Assembly: GCF_902713615.1 (NCBI RefSeq)
Contig: NC_052163.1
Location: 124,533,144-124,597,143 of the forward strand
Reading direction: 5' to 3'
DNA length: 64,000 nucleotides
DNA from: Scyliorhinus canicula
Taxonomy: Eukaryota
In this document: one piece after another, positions 24,911 through 36,194 of the stretch
Position numbering within the stretch: position 1 is the stretch's first letter
Layout of the letters: each line of letters begins with the position of its first letter
The notes under the pieces: model-generated
The model's input: only the letters and a program-made list of their open reading frames with translations
Database searches by the model: none
Told to the model about the DNA's origin: nothing
Position numbers and translations under genes: made by a program

Positions 24911-25283
24911 TGTACAGAGACTGAAGAAAAGCAGATACGTTTGTCAACCGTGTTAACGAAGTATCTGTTATCCACAAAACCTCCCTTCAAAGCTCAAATC
25001 AAGCGACCATCATAACCGATCATAATCTCATTGAATGGCGGAGCAGACTCGATGGGCCGAATGGCCTGCCTCTGCTCCCGCGTCTTATGGTTTCATCAAC
25101 AAGTCTTCGCAGCAGTCTGCCCTGTGTTTCTTTTCTTAACGATATTTCATAACCCGTAAATAAATTGTCCTTAACAGACATGTGATTGCGCTCTGCACTT
25201 GCAGGTTAGCGCGACTAATTGTATCGCAGGTTCTTTTGTCTCTTCATTAACTTGCTCGTTTTTTTTCCCCCCCCCTTTCAAAG

Positions 25284-25381
25284 GCTCCATCACAGTCAGC
25301 ACAACAGTTGAAGTTTACTACCTCGGACTCCTGTGATCGAATCAAAGATGAGTTTCAGTTTTTGCAAGCACAGTATCACAG
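25284..25381 (+). CDS. TLE5: TLE5/AES coding exon 2 (Q domain start), [32 protein letters not shown](S)
   Basis: Polypyrimidine tract then AAG acceptor; AG|GTAAAT donor; 98 nt, phase 0 to 2. Peptide matches the AES-type motif [18 protein letters not shown]. Confidence 0.95.
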
Positions 25382-25649
25382 GTAAATGAGATTTTTCTTT
25401 CATATACTGGAAACCATTTCACTTTAGGATAATAAATGACTTCACTGAAAGGTGAAAGATGCAATTTATTCCAGCTAAGCTCGAGTGCACATTAAGATGC
25501 CAATAATTTTATATTGATGCTTGAAACCCAACGACACTCTTTTGAGTCATAACTTATGTTGCAACTGCTGTTGGGAGCAGGCAGCTGCGTCCGACCAGTC
25601 ACGCCAAGACGTGCTGTCAAATTGAGGAGGCAGCGAGAACCAACTTGAA

Positions 25650-26040
25650 GAATTGGGTACAGGAATAGGCCATTCGGCCCCTCGAGCCTGCTGCTCCCAT
25701 TCAATGTGATTGTAACTCAATTCCACTTTCCCACCCCTGATTCCATGAGACACCAACAATGTATCAATATTGGCCTTGAAGACCATCATCCACAACCCTT
25801 TGAGTGAAGAGATTTCTCCTCATCTCAGTCCTAAATGATCCGTCCTTTATTCTGAGGCAGTGCCCCATGTTCCAATTTCCCTAATCAGAGGAAACAACCT
25901 CTGTGTCTGCCCTGTAAGGCCCCTCCAGAGATCACCCCTCCTTCTTCTAAACTCCGAGTAATGTAGGCCCAGTTCACTTGGTGTCTCTGTGTAGGACAAC
26001 ACTCTCACCCAGGAACCTATCCAATGAACCTTTTGCTGAA
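25650..26040 (-). mobile_element. CR1 LINE 3' fragment
   Basis: Reverse-complement CR1 tail (GGCCATTCGGCCCCTCGAGCC) plus ORF2 end. Confidence 0.75.
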
Positions 26041-26042
26041 CC

Positions 26043-26435
26043 GTCTTGTATATAACAAAACGGCGTTCATGTCTTCTAGACGTTCCAAAATCTTTCGCAG
26101 CCTTTTAATTACTTTTAAAGTGTTGGCACTGCTGTAATTAATGTAGGAGACTGTGGGTCGTCAATTCACACGATGAGCAAAATGACCAGAGAATTTGTTT
26201 TAGCGATATTCCTGAGGGATAGGTATTGGCCAGATCACCAGCAAACCTTCCAACTCTTCTTGAAATGGTGCCATGGAGTTTTTTTTTACACCCTCCTGAG
26301 AGGGCACATTGGTTCAATATCCTGTCCCAACCGTTTGCATATTTCCTACAGTGAGCTTGGAGTATAAGCCCATGTTTGGAGTAGGGCCTGAACTCTCAGC
26401 CTTCTGACTGGGGGGGGGAGAAAGAGCTACCAACA
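26043..26435 (-). mobile_element. DeuSINE-like element (SacSINE1/AmnSINE1-related)
   Basis: Reverse complement reads GCCCTCTCAGG...CCATGGCACCATTTCAAGAAGAG...CTGGCCAATA...ATCCCTCA, recalled as the Deu domain; tRNA-like head. Confidence 0.65.
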
Positions 26436-26459
26436 GTAGTGCTTTCAAATCATGGGGGG

Positions 26460-27165
26460 CACTGAGGTCTGTTGTGGGGCCAAATATTACATGTCCAAGT
26501 CTGCGGGTGATACAAAGATAACTGGGAATGTGTGTTGTGAGGAAGGTACCCAAATCATTTTCAAGGGGATTTGGACTGAGTGGGCCAGAGCATGACAGAT
26601 GGAAAATAACGTGGAAATGTGGTGTTATCCACTTTGGTGGGACGAATAGATGTGCAGGTATTTTCAAATGGCCAGAGACTCACAAGTGTAGATATACAAA
26701 GGGACCTGATATCCTCGTCGATAAGTCACTGAAAACTAACGTGCAGGTGAAGCAAACGATTAAGAAGGCTTTATCCCAACAGGTTTTGAGAGAAAAAACA
26801 GTAGCAAAACCTTGCTTGAATTGTATAGAAGGTTGGTTAAACCGCACCTGGGGTAGTGTTGGTCCAGATTTAGCCCCCTTACCTCAGCAAGAATATTATT
26901 GCCACAGAGGGGAGTGCAAGAAAGGGAAAGTCACTTCGGACTGAGGTGAGGAGAAATTATTTTTACAGCAGAGGGTTGTGAACCTTGGGAATTCTCTATC
27001 TGAGAGAGCTGCGGAGACTCGATCATCGAGTACATCTAAAGCAAATGCGAAAAGGATATGGGGATAGTGTGTGGGGGAGGCATTGAAATGGATGATCATC
27101 CATGTTCGTATCGAATGGCACAGCATGTGTGATGGGCTGAATGGCCTACCCCAGTTCCTATGTTG
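26460..27165 (+). mobile_element. CR1 LINE fragment
   Basis: KCGVIHFG motif, QQRVVNLGNSL, CR1 tail GATGGGCTGAATGGCCT. Confidence 0.8.
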
Positions 27166-28107
27166 TTGTACATGTATCTGGGGATGGTTGTACAGTGGTT
27201 ATGGTGCCAGTTGAATTTTAATTGCCTTGATCTTGAAGGACAGGAGCCTGTCAACTCTACCTAATCTGGACTACACGTGACTCCAGTCCTATGCCCTGGT
27301 TGCGCTTTAGCGCCCTGTCAAGTGCCCAATCAAACCATTCTGCCATAAAAGACAATGTTGCCTAAAAGTTCATAAAAGAGGCCCACCAGCTTCTCGGGCT
27401 GCTGAGAAACGACAGCTGCGTTGGCCACATCTCGGAGCATTGTTGAAGAAAAGGGTAACTGGGGCCCAAAAACCCCCCCCCCCCAAGATGTTTCAATCCT
27501 GAAAACCCAAAGTGCTGAGGCTGATGAGAGTTTACTTGATGTAGACGTGCACTCGACGCCTTTTTTATTTGCTGATCTTGTGCATTCTAGTGTTGCTGTG
27601 ATGTGGACTATGGAAATTTGTAATAATTCCTGCAGATCTTCCGGAAAGCTGAAGATAAACAAAGGTGAAGGAAGAAATGTTGATGGGGTATGGCCTGTAG
27701 AGCTGTTAAAGGCCTTTACTTCAGTAAGGCCCATTCAAGTCAAATGACTTTTATATTGACAGATGGAATCGGAGTTTCTCGGAGTATTAAGAATTCTTCT
27801 GCACTTTCTTGGGTGTTCTCGGAGTGCATTTTCTGGTCCCAAAGACTGGATTTTTCTGACGGACGTGATTTGATATGCCAGATTGACTGTAGATCGCATT
27901 CATAATTGCGCCTTTATCAGTGTACCGTTTTGCTCTTGCAGCTTTATAATGCATGATATAGTTCAGATTCCTTGTAGCTAAGGGATATCTCTTCTTCAAC
28001 CACGTCCTGGGTTTCTAGATGTGCATTGATTTACTTTTTAAAATCCATTTTACGGGATGTGGGCATCGCTGGCTAGCAGTTGCCTTTGAGAAGGTGGTGA
28101 TGAGTTG

Positions 28108-28345
28108 AAAGAGAAGATGCTGGAAAATCTCAGTAGGTCTGGCAGCATCTGTAGGGAGAGAAAAGAGCTAACGTTTCGAGTCCGATGACTCTTTGTCAAA
28201 GCTTTGACAAAGAGTCATTGGACTCGAAACATTAGCTCTTTTCTCTCTCTGCAGATGCTGCCAGACCTGCTGAGATTTTCCAGCATTTTCTCTTGCGTTT
28301 CGAATTCCAGCATCCGCAGTAATTTCCTTTTATCCAGTATTATAT
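28108..28345. mobile_element. Penelope-type palindromic mini-element with twin hammerhead motifs
   Basis: 93-bp arms (28109-28201 and 28202-28294), no loop, 6 mismatches; perfect 15-bp TSD ggtggtgatgagttg at 28093-28107 and 28346-28360. Confidence 0.85.
28166..28203 (-). ncRNA. Minimal type I hammerhead ribozyme motif, U3-A8 core variant
   Basis: Minus strand: AGCU UUGACAA A GAGUC aucg GACUC GAAA CG UU AGCU (stem I, core, stem II, GAAA, GUU triplet, stem I'). Confidence 0.6.
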
Positions 28346-28581
28346 GGTGGTGATGAGTTGCCTTCTTGAACCGCTGCAGTCCCTGCGGCGTAGGTACACC
28401 CACTGTGCTGTTGGGGAGGGAGTTCCAGGATTTTGCCCCAGCAACAGTGATAAGTCAGGATATGAGTGACTTGGGAGGGGCTTCTCCAGGTGGTGGGGGT
28501 TCCCAGGTATCTGCTGCTTTTGTCCTTCTGGATGGTAGTGGTTATGGGTTTGGAAGGTGCTGTCGAAGGAGCCTTGGTGAG

Positions 28582-29431
28582 TGTTCTGGGTCCAGATGAG
28601 AATCCCCATTTTGGTAATGATCCCAACGATTTGCATTTGGTAAAGCTGTGAGGATATTTATTGCACCACAGCAGTGATAACACTGACCAGTAGACAGCTT
28701 ATAGTTAAGCACATTAGCAACAAATAAATAGCTTTACAGTTAACAGGCGCAATATTGTAACTTGCTTCCTGAAATCTGCCCCTCCACTCCAATTAAGCAA
28801 GCCATATCTTTGAAATACCACATATGAGGGGCTGGTTTAGCACAGTGGGCTAAACAGCTGGCTCGTAATGCAGAACAAGGCAACAGCACGGGTTCAATTC
28901 CCATACCGGCCTCCCCGAACAGGTGCCGGTATGTGGCTACTGTGGCTTTTCACGGTAACTTCATTGAAGCCTACTTGTGACAATAAGCTGTTATTATTAT
29001 TAACTTTATAACAACCAGGTTTTACTTGCTTATCTTGGTGCAGAGTCCTTGGAGAGAGAAACCCTTTTTTCAGGACCAAGCTGAAAACCTCCTGCTCAAC
29101 TTAGAGCCTTGGAAGCCACTACCCTGTCCAGACAGACTTGGCTCCTCTTATCAGTTTCTCTCACAACACACAACATTCTTTTGTTTCTTGTTACAAGATG
29201 TACCTTGATTTGTTTATCCAGGCTCAAACTGTTAGATTACCTTAGCTCTCTATATCTGCAAACAGGTAAATCTAATAAGGTGTTTACACCTCATCTCCAA
29301 AAATAATTCGAGTACCTCAGTTTTAATCATAGCTCTAACTGACGTACTGTCTGTAAGCATTTTAACCAAGGTTTTAATATTACTGCAAAAATACAAACTA
29401 TTAAGTATAACAATTTCATGTATTCATCACA
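28582..29431. mobile_element. Solo LTR containing a family D SINE
   Basis: TG...CA ends; 4-bp TSD tgag at 28578-28581 and 29432-29435. Confidence 0.8.
28827..29002 (+). mobile_element. SINE family D (second tRNA-like head, T3 tail with (ATT)n)
   Basis: GGGGCTGGTTTAGCACAGTGGGCTAAA...GGTTCAATTCCC followed by TTTTCAC.GTAACTTCATTGAAGCCTACTTGTGACAATAAG. Confidence 0.85.
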
Positions 29432-29439
29432 TGAGTTAA

Positions 29440-29790
29440 GAAGAACATTACAGCACTGGAACAGGCCCTTCGGCCCACCAAGCCTGCGCCGATCCAGATT
29501 CCTTATTTAGACCTACTACTTACTGCCCAAATGATCAGTATCCCTCCATTCCCCGCCCGTTCATGTGTCTGTCAAGATGCATCTTGCATGTTGTTATCGT
29601 GCCTGCCTCCAACACCTCCACTGGTAACTCGTTCCACTCACCCACCACCCTCTGCGTGAAATACTTTCCCCCTCTTTCCTTGAACTTGTGCCGCCTTGTA
29701 ATTGTGTCTTCCACTCTTGGAGGGGGGGGGGGAGAACTTCTGACAATTCACCCCATCTATTCCTCCCATAATTTTGTGGACGTTAATCGG
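29440..29790 (-). mobile_element. CR1 LINE 3' fragment
   Basis: Reverse-complement tail CAGGCCCTTCGGCCCAC and ORF2 end. Confidence 0.75.
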
Positions 29791-29924
29791 GCCTTCCCTC
29801 GGCCACAAACTTCAGTGCATCTTGTAGGAGGTACACACAGCTGCCACTGCTCGCCGGTGGTGGATGGATTGAATGAAGGGGGGGGGGGGGGCAGCAATCA
29901 AGCGGGCTGCTTTGTATCTTAGGA

Positions 29925-30075
29925 ATATGCAGAACAAGGCCAGCAGCGCGGGTTCAATTCCTGTACAGGCCTCACCGAACAGGAATGTGGCGACGTGGGG
30001 CTTTTCACCGTAACTTAATTGAAGCCTACTTGTGACAATATGTTGTTGTTGTTATTATTATGATGATTATTATTA
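29925..30075 (+). mobile_element. SINE family D, 5'-truncated
   Basis: Matches 28870-29000. Confidence 0.8.
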
Positions 30076-32009
30076 CACTGAGGTAACATTTTATCTCCTG
30101 GGGCATTGTTGGTAATGCTTGATTGTTGGTCCTCCTGTCTTTGGAACACTACCTCTGAACAGTCGCAAGAGGCGGTTGTGTCCCTTCACACCACCCCCCC
30201 CCACCCGATAATATACACAGTGGGCTCTTTTTTAAAAATAAATAAATTCCAGTTGCTTTTACAACAATTACCACAATTGCAGGAAATCCTATTTCTGCAC
30301 TGTTCACAGTTTCCGAGTGAAATGTGGCCTAAAATAGCCACCCTACTCGTCCCCATCAACGGGGATAGGCCAGGTCCCTGCAAACAGGAGGCTCCCCCTG
30401 GATTATACTCAAAGGGAAGTGGGGCCTTGGGAGCCAGGCTCATTCCAATTCGCTAGTGACCCGAGCAAAATAGGTTCTGTATTAACTTCCAATAACCAAT
30501 TGGAATTGTAACTGCTCGGTCTCCCAAGGCCGTGGTGAGCATTTTCACCCTGGTTGTCGCTGAAATAAACTAGTGCCCTGCTTTCAGTGCGTCGGTAGAC
30601 GGTGAATTGTTAGCGTTAAAATCAGGTGTTAACCAAACTCAGCAATTGTCTACATTTTCCTCTTTGTTAAGAAAGTTTTTTTAAAAATTGCTCTCTCTCT
30701 CAAAATAATGGGAGGTAATTGTATTTTTTTTTTAAAAGGATGCTTTCATAAATGTGATTTCATTAGCCAGCTTGGTAACAAAAGGGCAATCACTCTGCTT
30801 CCGTAATCATCCCTTTTAACACTTTTTCAAACAGCGATTGAGGCACTTAACTGATATTGGAGCCGGAAAAAGTTCAGCAATGCAGCTGTGCAGTGCAAAA
30901 AAAATTTGTGTAACGGCAGAATGAAAATTGGGGCAAAGTTGATTTGCCTACAGGATCCTTGCATATAAATGGAACTACTTGATTTATTCAAATATATGGC
31001 ACATCTATTTGCTTTAGGCATGTAAAGCTTGTTTTTACATGAACGCATTTGAATATTGTTGAGAAAGAGAGGCAGATTGACAAAGTTTTTCAGCGTGCAC
31101 TCCTCAGGATAAACACAAGAATGCCAAATTTCCAAACTGTCAGAACAATTTGGCAAAGGGTGCTGTTTGGTTGGTAAGTCGACTCTGATTAGCCTAAGAC
31201 GTTGCCATGGAGAAACCATAGGCTTCTGAAGTGCCTGGGGAATTCAAAACAAGAATTGAACATATTCCTTTTTGTTTGCAGAGAACTGATCCCCGTGAAT
31301 GTGTCACGTATAGAAGGTGTAAAAAAAAAAAAGCCGCCATGTTACAAGCTCAACTGATTATCTTAAGAGTAGCTGTTGGCACACTCTGGATTGTCCAATA
31401 AGTGCTGCAAAATCGCGGAATTGCATCCAACGTCAGAGTTTTGCAAGTGCATACTAGTTGAGTACAGACTGCACTCTTACCCACATTGTGACATTTATTT
31501 TCTGGTCGAAATTAGGATTCTCGTTGAAACCCCCTGAGCTGGGTGATTCACTTTCAGAGACATAGACTTCCTCTAAAAATATGGAGGTTAATACAAGAAA
31601 GCATCCGCTGAACCTTTTCAAACTGAGTTTGTGTTTTATTGCACCCAGGCAGTCAGCCCCTGTTATTTCATCACGGACTTGATGGGCTGAATGGCTTCCT
31701 CTTGTACTGTTGTAATGACACTCTCAATCCTATTCCAAAAAAGGTGAAGCCCTCAGCCTTCACAGAATTTTGTATATTTTTGAGCCCTTGGGAAAAGTGT
31801 GAAATCTTTTTATTCAAACGGAAAAGATGTATTCGCATGAAGCTACTGACAAACAGTTCAAAATAGATATATGGATGGCCATCCATTCATCAATGATGAA
31901 GGAAATTGGCTGTGGATTGAATAGATTCTCCTAAAAAAAAAAGCAGACTAAGTTCATGGGCAACATCAGCAATTACTGTTGTCGTCTTGGACCCTGCATT
32001 TCTAATGTA

Positions 32010-32460
32010 AATCGTGCATTTATGTAGCACCTTTTCGTGCCCTCCGAATTTCTCGACGTTTTGTTAAGAGGCATCTGGGTGAATAGGGAGGAAATAGGGA
32101 TATGGACCGAGTAAGGGCAGAAGTTTGTTTTTAGTTAGGGTATCCTGATTGGCACAGGCTTGGAGGGCGAAGGGAGTGTTCCTGTGCTGTACTTTCCTTT
32201 GTTCTCCAAGTACAGTCGTTGGTCTGCTCAATTCTGCACCGCAAACTCCCACGGCGCAATGAAATAATGGACCAGGCAATGGGTTTAAATGATGCTGATT
32301 GTGGAATAAATATTGGCTCAGACATCAGGGAGATAGTCTATTCTCTGCCAAATAGTATTGGGGATCATTTATATCCATCTGAGAGGGTTTAATGTCACAT
32401 CCAAATGATGGAATTCCAACAGTCCAACACTCCCTCGGTACTGCACTTAGTGTTAGATCT
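32010..32460 (-). mobile_element. DeuSINE-like relic interrupted by a + strand CR1 tail (about 32064-32213)
   Basis: Deu-domain-like motifs in reverse complement (GCAGTACCGAGGGAGTGTTG, CTCTCAGATGGATATAAATGATCCC). Confidence 0.55.
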
Positions 32461-32773
32461 AAGGGTCTGAAAGTAAAGATTTTTGTGCCATTTCGCATTT
32501 TTTTAAAAATAAGGGCCAGTTCCACATTCCTGGGAGGGAGCAGGTTGCATGACTGCAGTGTGTGAATTTCTTCCAATTCAATTTGCTGGATTCCAATCCC
32601 TGCTTAGACAGCCCGACATTGCACATCCTCGAGCGGCCTACTAAAGCTCCGATCCGATCATTTTGTGTCCTCCTTATCATTTCATCAAAGGGGCTTTTCA
32701 CAGTAACTTCATTGAAGCCTACTTGTGACAATAAATTGTTATTATTATTATTTTTATTATTATTTTATTATTA

Positions 32774-32999
32774 TTTTTAAAAATAAATTTAGAGTACCCA
32801 ATCATTTTTCCAATTAAGGGGCAATTTAGCGTGGCCAATCCACCTACCCTGCACGTTTTTGGGTTGTGGAGGCGAAACCCACGCAGACACGGGGAGAATG
32901 TGCAAACTCCACACGGACAGTGACCCAGAGCCGGGATCGAACCTGGGACCTCAGCGCCGTGAGGCGGTTGTGCTAACCACTAGGCCACCGTGCTGCCCC
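32774..32999 (-). mobile_element. V-SINE family B (young subfamily) inserted in the (ATT)n end of a T3 fragment
   Basis: TSD ttattttattatta at 32760-32773 and 33000-33013; near-identical to 35008-35234 and 40741-40966. Confidence 0.9.
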
Positions 33000-33129
33000 T
33001 TATTTTATTATTACTGTTATCTTCACGCGTGTTGCACTGTGTCACAGGTGGTCAGATTTCTGAATGTGGCCACAGTGGGTTTTTGCTGCTCCTCACCTCC
33101 AGCAACACTACTGCTGGCGGCTCTGCCTT

Positions 33130-33610
33130 CAGCTGCTCAGGCCCAAGCCTCTTCCAAACCCACGGCCCTCTTACCATCTAGAAGGGCCAGGACAGCACAT
33201 ACCTGGGAACGCCATTACCCGGAGTCTCCTCTCCAAACCACTCATCATCCCGACTTAGAAATGTATCGTCGTCCCTCCACTGTCGCTGGGTGAAAATCCT
33301 GGAACTCCCTCCCCAACAGCACGGGAGGTGTACCTGCACCTCGGGTACTGCAGCGGCTCAAGTGGGCATCTCACCACCACCTTCACAAGGGCAACTAGGG
33401 ATGGGCAATAAATGCTGGCCTACCCAGTGATGCCTACATCCAAAATTAATTGCAAAAGAATTCCTTCTCCGAGGCCTGCCTGCCTCTCCTCCCTAAGACA
33501 CTCCCCTTTGACCACGCTCTACTATCCTCGTGTGCCTCTGCATCGGATTTTGTTTGTAAATAGATGACGGTTTTACTCTGTTAAAATGCACCATATAAAT
33601 ACAAGTTGAA
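33130..33610 (+). mobile_element. CR1-like 3' end followed by an L2-like 3' end relic
   Basis: Shared tail GGGATGGGCAATAAATGCTGGCC, then CTTTGACCA...ATATAAATACAAGTTG. Confidence 0.6.
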
Positions 33611-35007
33611 TTTTCCTTTAAACAAGTTGGTGCAGAGGTGGATCAGAGATGGTTATTAAGGTAGTGGCATGTTACTGTGTATTTAATTGATCAAACACTA
33701 CCATTAGGTAGCAGTTAGACACATTCCGCTGTTGTAATATAATTACAGGTGCAATCTACAGTGAGGTGGATCCAGAGTGAGCGACAAACAAGACGTTTCC
33801 ACTTCTAATCGGCAAGGTTATCTACTTGCCCACCCCACACACACACACTTTGTGTGAATTCGTGATTGGCCCCTAACAATACCTTAATGAACGAAAGGCT
33901 CCCTTTTCATTCATAAAAGAATTGCACGATTTCTTGAATCCATTTTTAGGTGAGAAACCCTGGATGCGTTCTAATCAAAGTCCTGCCTGATGGAGTCCCG
34001 TGTCGAACACGGTTAGCCGGGTGTTTCCCGGCATTCGCAGCACCGAGAAAGCCAATGCTATCTGTTGGGGTGGCACGGTGACGCCGAGGTCCCAGGTTCA
34101 ATCCCGGCCCCGGGTCACTGTCCGTGTGGAGTTTGCACATTCTCCCCGTGTCATCAACTTCACCACCTGGCTGGTAACTTGGCAAGATAATAATTGGGTG
34201 GGTTCCACAGTGATTGGGCACAGTTGGGTTAAGCCCAATCAGTGAAGGTCAAATTGTTCCACATTGTCTCTCAATGTTTCCTATCTATATTGTGACACTG
34301 TTTACACATGTCTACATTTTCTCAAATTAGTACCTGGAGGAAAATGTGACCCACTAAGGTCATTGTAAGTACTGACGCTGTTCAGTTGCTAAAGCATTTG
34401 ATGAAAATCAGTACTGCAGCTTACAGCACCTTAAACATTTTTAGCTGGTAGGGTCGGTATTTATGAGAAATTTGATATTCATTGCAGTAGAAACGGCTAC
34501 AGATTGTCACAGACACCATGCGTGTGATTAATTTGCTAAAGAGGTAGAAGAGAAGGGACAGAAACACAACCACTTATTGGCAAATCTAACGACGCATGGT
34601 TGGCAATCTAGTCCGCACAGCAATCCGGGGGGGGGGGTGGGGGGGGGGGGGGGGGGGTCAAAGCTCATGTAGCTGTTGACCAGCATCTTATTGGAGCAGT
34701 GAATTCTGTTGCAGGACTGGGTTTAGATGTTGAGAAATATGAGGTGGTGTTGGTTATTTATTGTTTGTATGTATGTGCAGGTATCCAAAGATATGCAGAA
34801 ATTGGTAGTGATGTGTCCCACAACTAGATGTTGGTCACATCCAAAATCAGGAGGCAGATCAAGGAGATGAAGGGAGTAGGAGCAGGAAATAGCCTGCTTA
34901 ACCTTTTGGGAGAGAGCACATGTTAAAATGCCATTATTCAGTCAAGTATCTTGACCAACAGTCTAGCCTCGGCTCATGCCTGTTCCTGTAACAGGGCCTG
35001 TTTTCAT

Positions 35008-35234
35008 TTTTTTTTAATAAATTTAGATTAGCCAATTATTTTTTCCAATTAAGGGGCAATTTAGTGTAGCCAATCCACCTACTCTGCACATTTATGGGTT
35101 GTGGGGGCGAAACCCACGCAGACACGGGGAGAATGTGCAAACTCCACACGGACAGTGACCCAGAGCCGGGATCGAACCTATGACCTCAGCGCCGTGAGGC
35201 GGTTGTGCTAACCACTAGGCCACCGTGCTGCCCA
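35008..35234 (-). mobile_element. V-SINE family B (young subfamily)
   Basis: Perfect 15-bp TSD agggcctgttttcat at 34993-35007 and 35235-35249. Confidence 0.92.
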
Positions 35235-35360
35235 AGGGCCTGTTTTCATGACGCTACGACAGTGACCCAGGGCCGGAATTGAACTCTGGTCCTCAGCGCC
35301 GTGAGGCAGCAGTGCGAACCACTGAGCCACCATGTTGCCCAACCCTAGGGCCCACCTAAC

Positions 35361-36194
35361 ATTTTTTTAAAAAAAATAATTTTTATTAAGATTTTCACAA
35401 AATATAAACAACAAAACAATATTAACAGAATAACCATTTGTAAAAACCCAAGAGCAACACCCACCCCCTACAAAAACAACTACTAACTCAAAAACAAATA
35501 AAAAAGCAAACAACAGAAAGGAAAGAGATAACACCCGCCACATCCCACGAACCCATGTACACAATTCTCCCCACCCCCGGGTTGCTGCTGCTGCCGGCCT
35601 ATTTTCCTACTGTTCCACCAGGAAGTCCAGGAAAGGCTGCCACCGCCTAAAGAACCCCTGTACTGATCCCCTCAGGGCAAATTTCACCTTCTCCAATTTG
35701 ATGAACCCCACCATATCATTGATCCAGGCCTCCACGCTTGGGGGCTTCGCATCCTTCCACTGAAGAAGAATCCTCCGCCGGGCTACTAGGGACGCAAAGG
35801 CCAGAACACCGGCCTCTTTCACCTCCTGCACTCCCGGCTCCACTGCAACCACAATTGCGAGTCCCCAGCCTGGCTTGACCCTGGATCCCACCACCCTCGA
35901 CACCGTCCTTGCTACCCCCTTCCAATACTCTCCCAGCGCTGGGCATGCCCAAAACATATGGGCATGGTTCGCTGGGCTCCACGAGCACCTAGCACACCTG
36001 TCTTCTCCCCCAAAAAACCTACTCATCCTCGTCCCAGTCATGTGGGCCCTATGCAGCACCTTGAACTGTATGAGGCTAAGCCTCGCACAGGAAGAGGAGG
36101 AATTCACTCTCTCCAGGGCATCCGCCCACGTCCCCTCCTCAATCTCCTCACCCAGCTCCTCTTCCCATTTACCCTTCAGTTCCTCCACCGAGGC
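35361..36194 (-). mobile_element. 5'-truncated L1-clade LINE, same family as 5599-8177, with open ORF2 C-terminus
   Basis: 198-aa ORF 35607-36203 with CARC...HAHMFWACP zinc knuckle; A-rich tail; TSD-like aggg(c/t)ccacctaac at 35347-35360 and 36195-36208. Confidence 0.92.

Larger units (their letters stand above)
28053..28581 (-). mobile_element. 3' end of a second CR1-like LINE family (host of two insertions)
   Basis: Matches 33130-33450 and 37160-38235 in reverse complement (AAATCCTGGAACTCCCTCCC...GGGATGGGCAATAAATG). Confidence 0.7.

Noticed and set aside
28827-28916. tRNA-like cloverleaf (also the V-SINE heads)
   Set aside because: Fused to SINE bodies and tails, and the anticodon region differs between copies; not tRNA genes.
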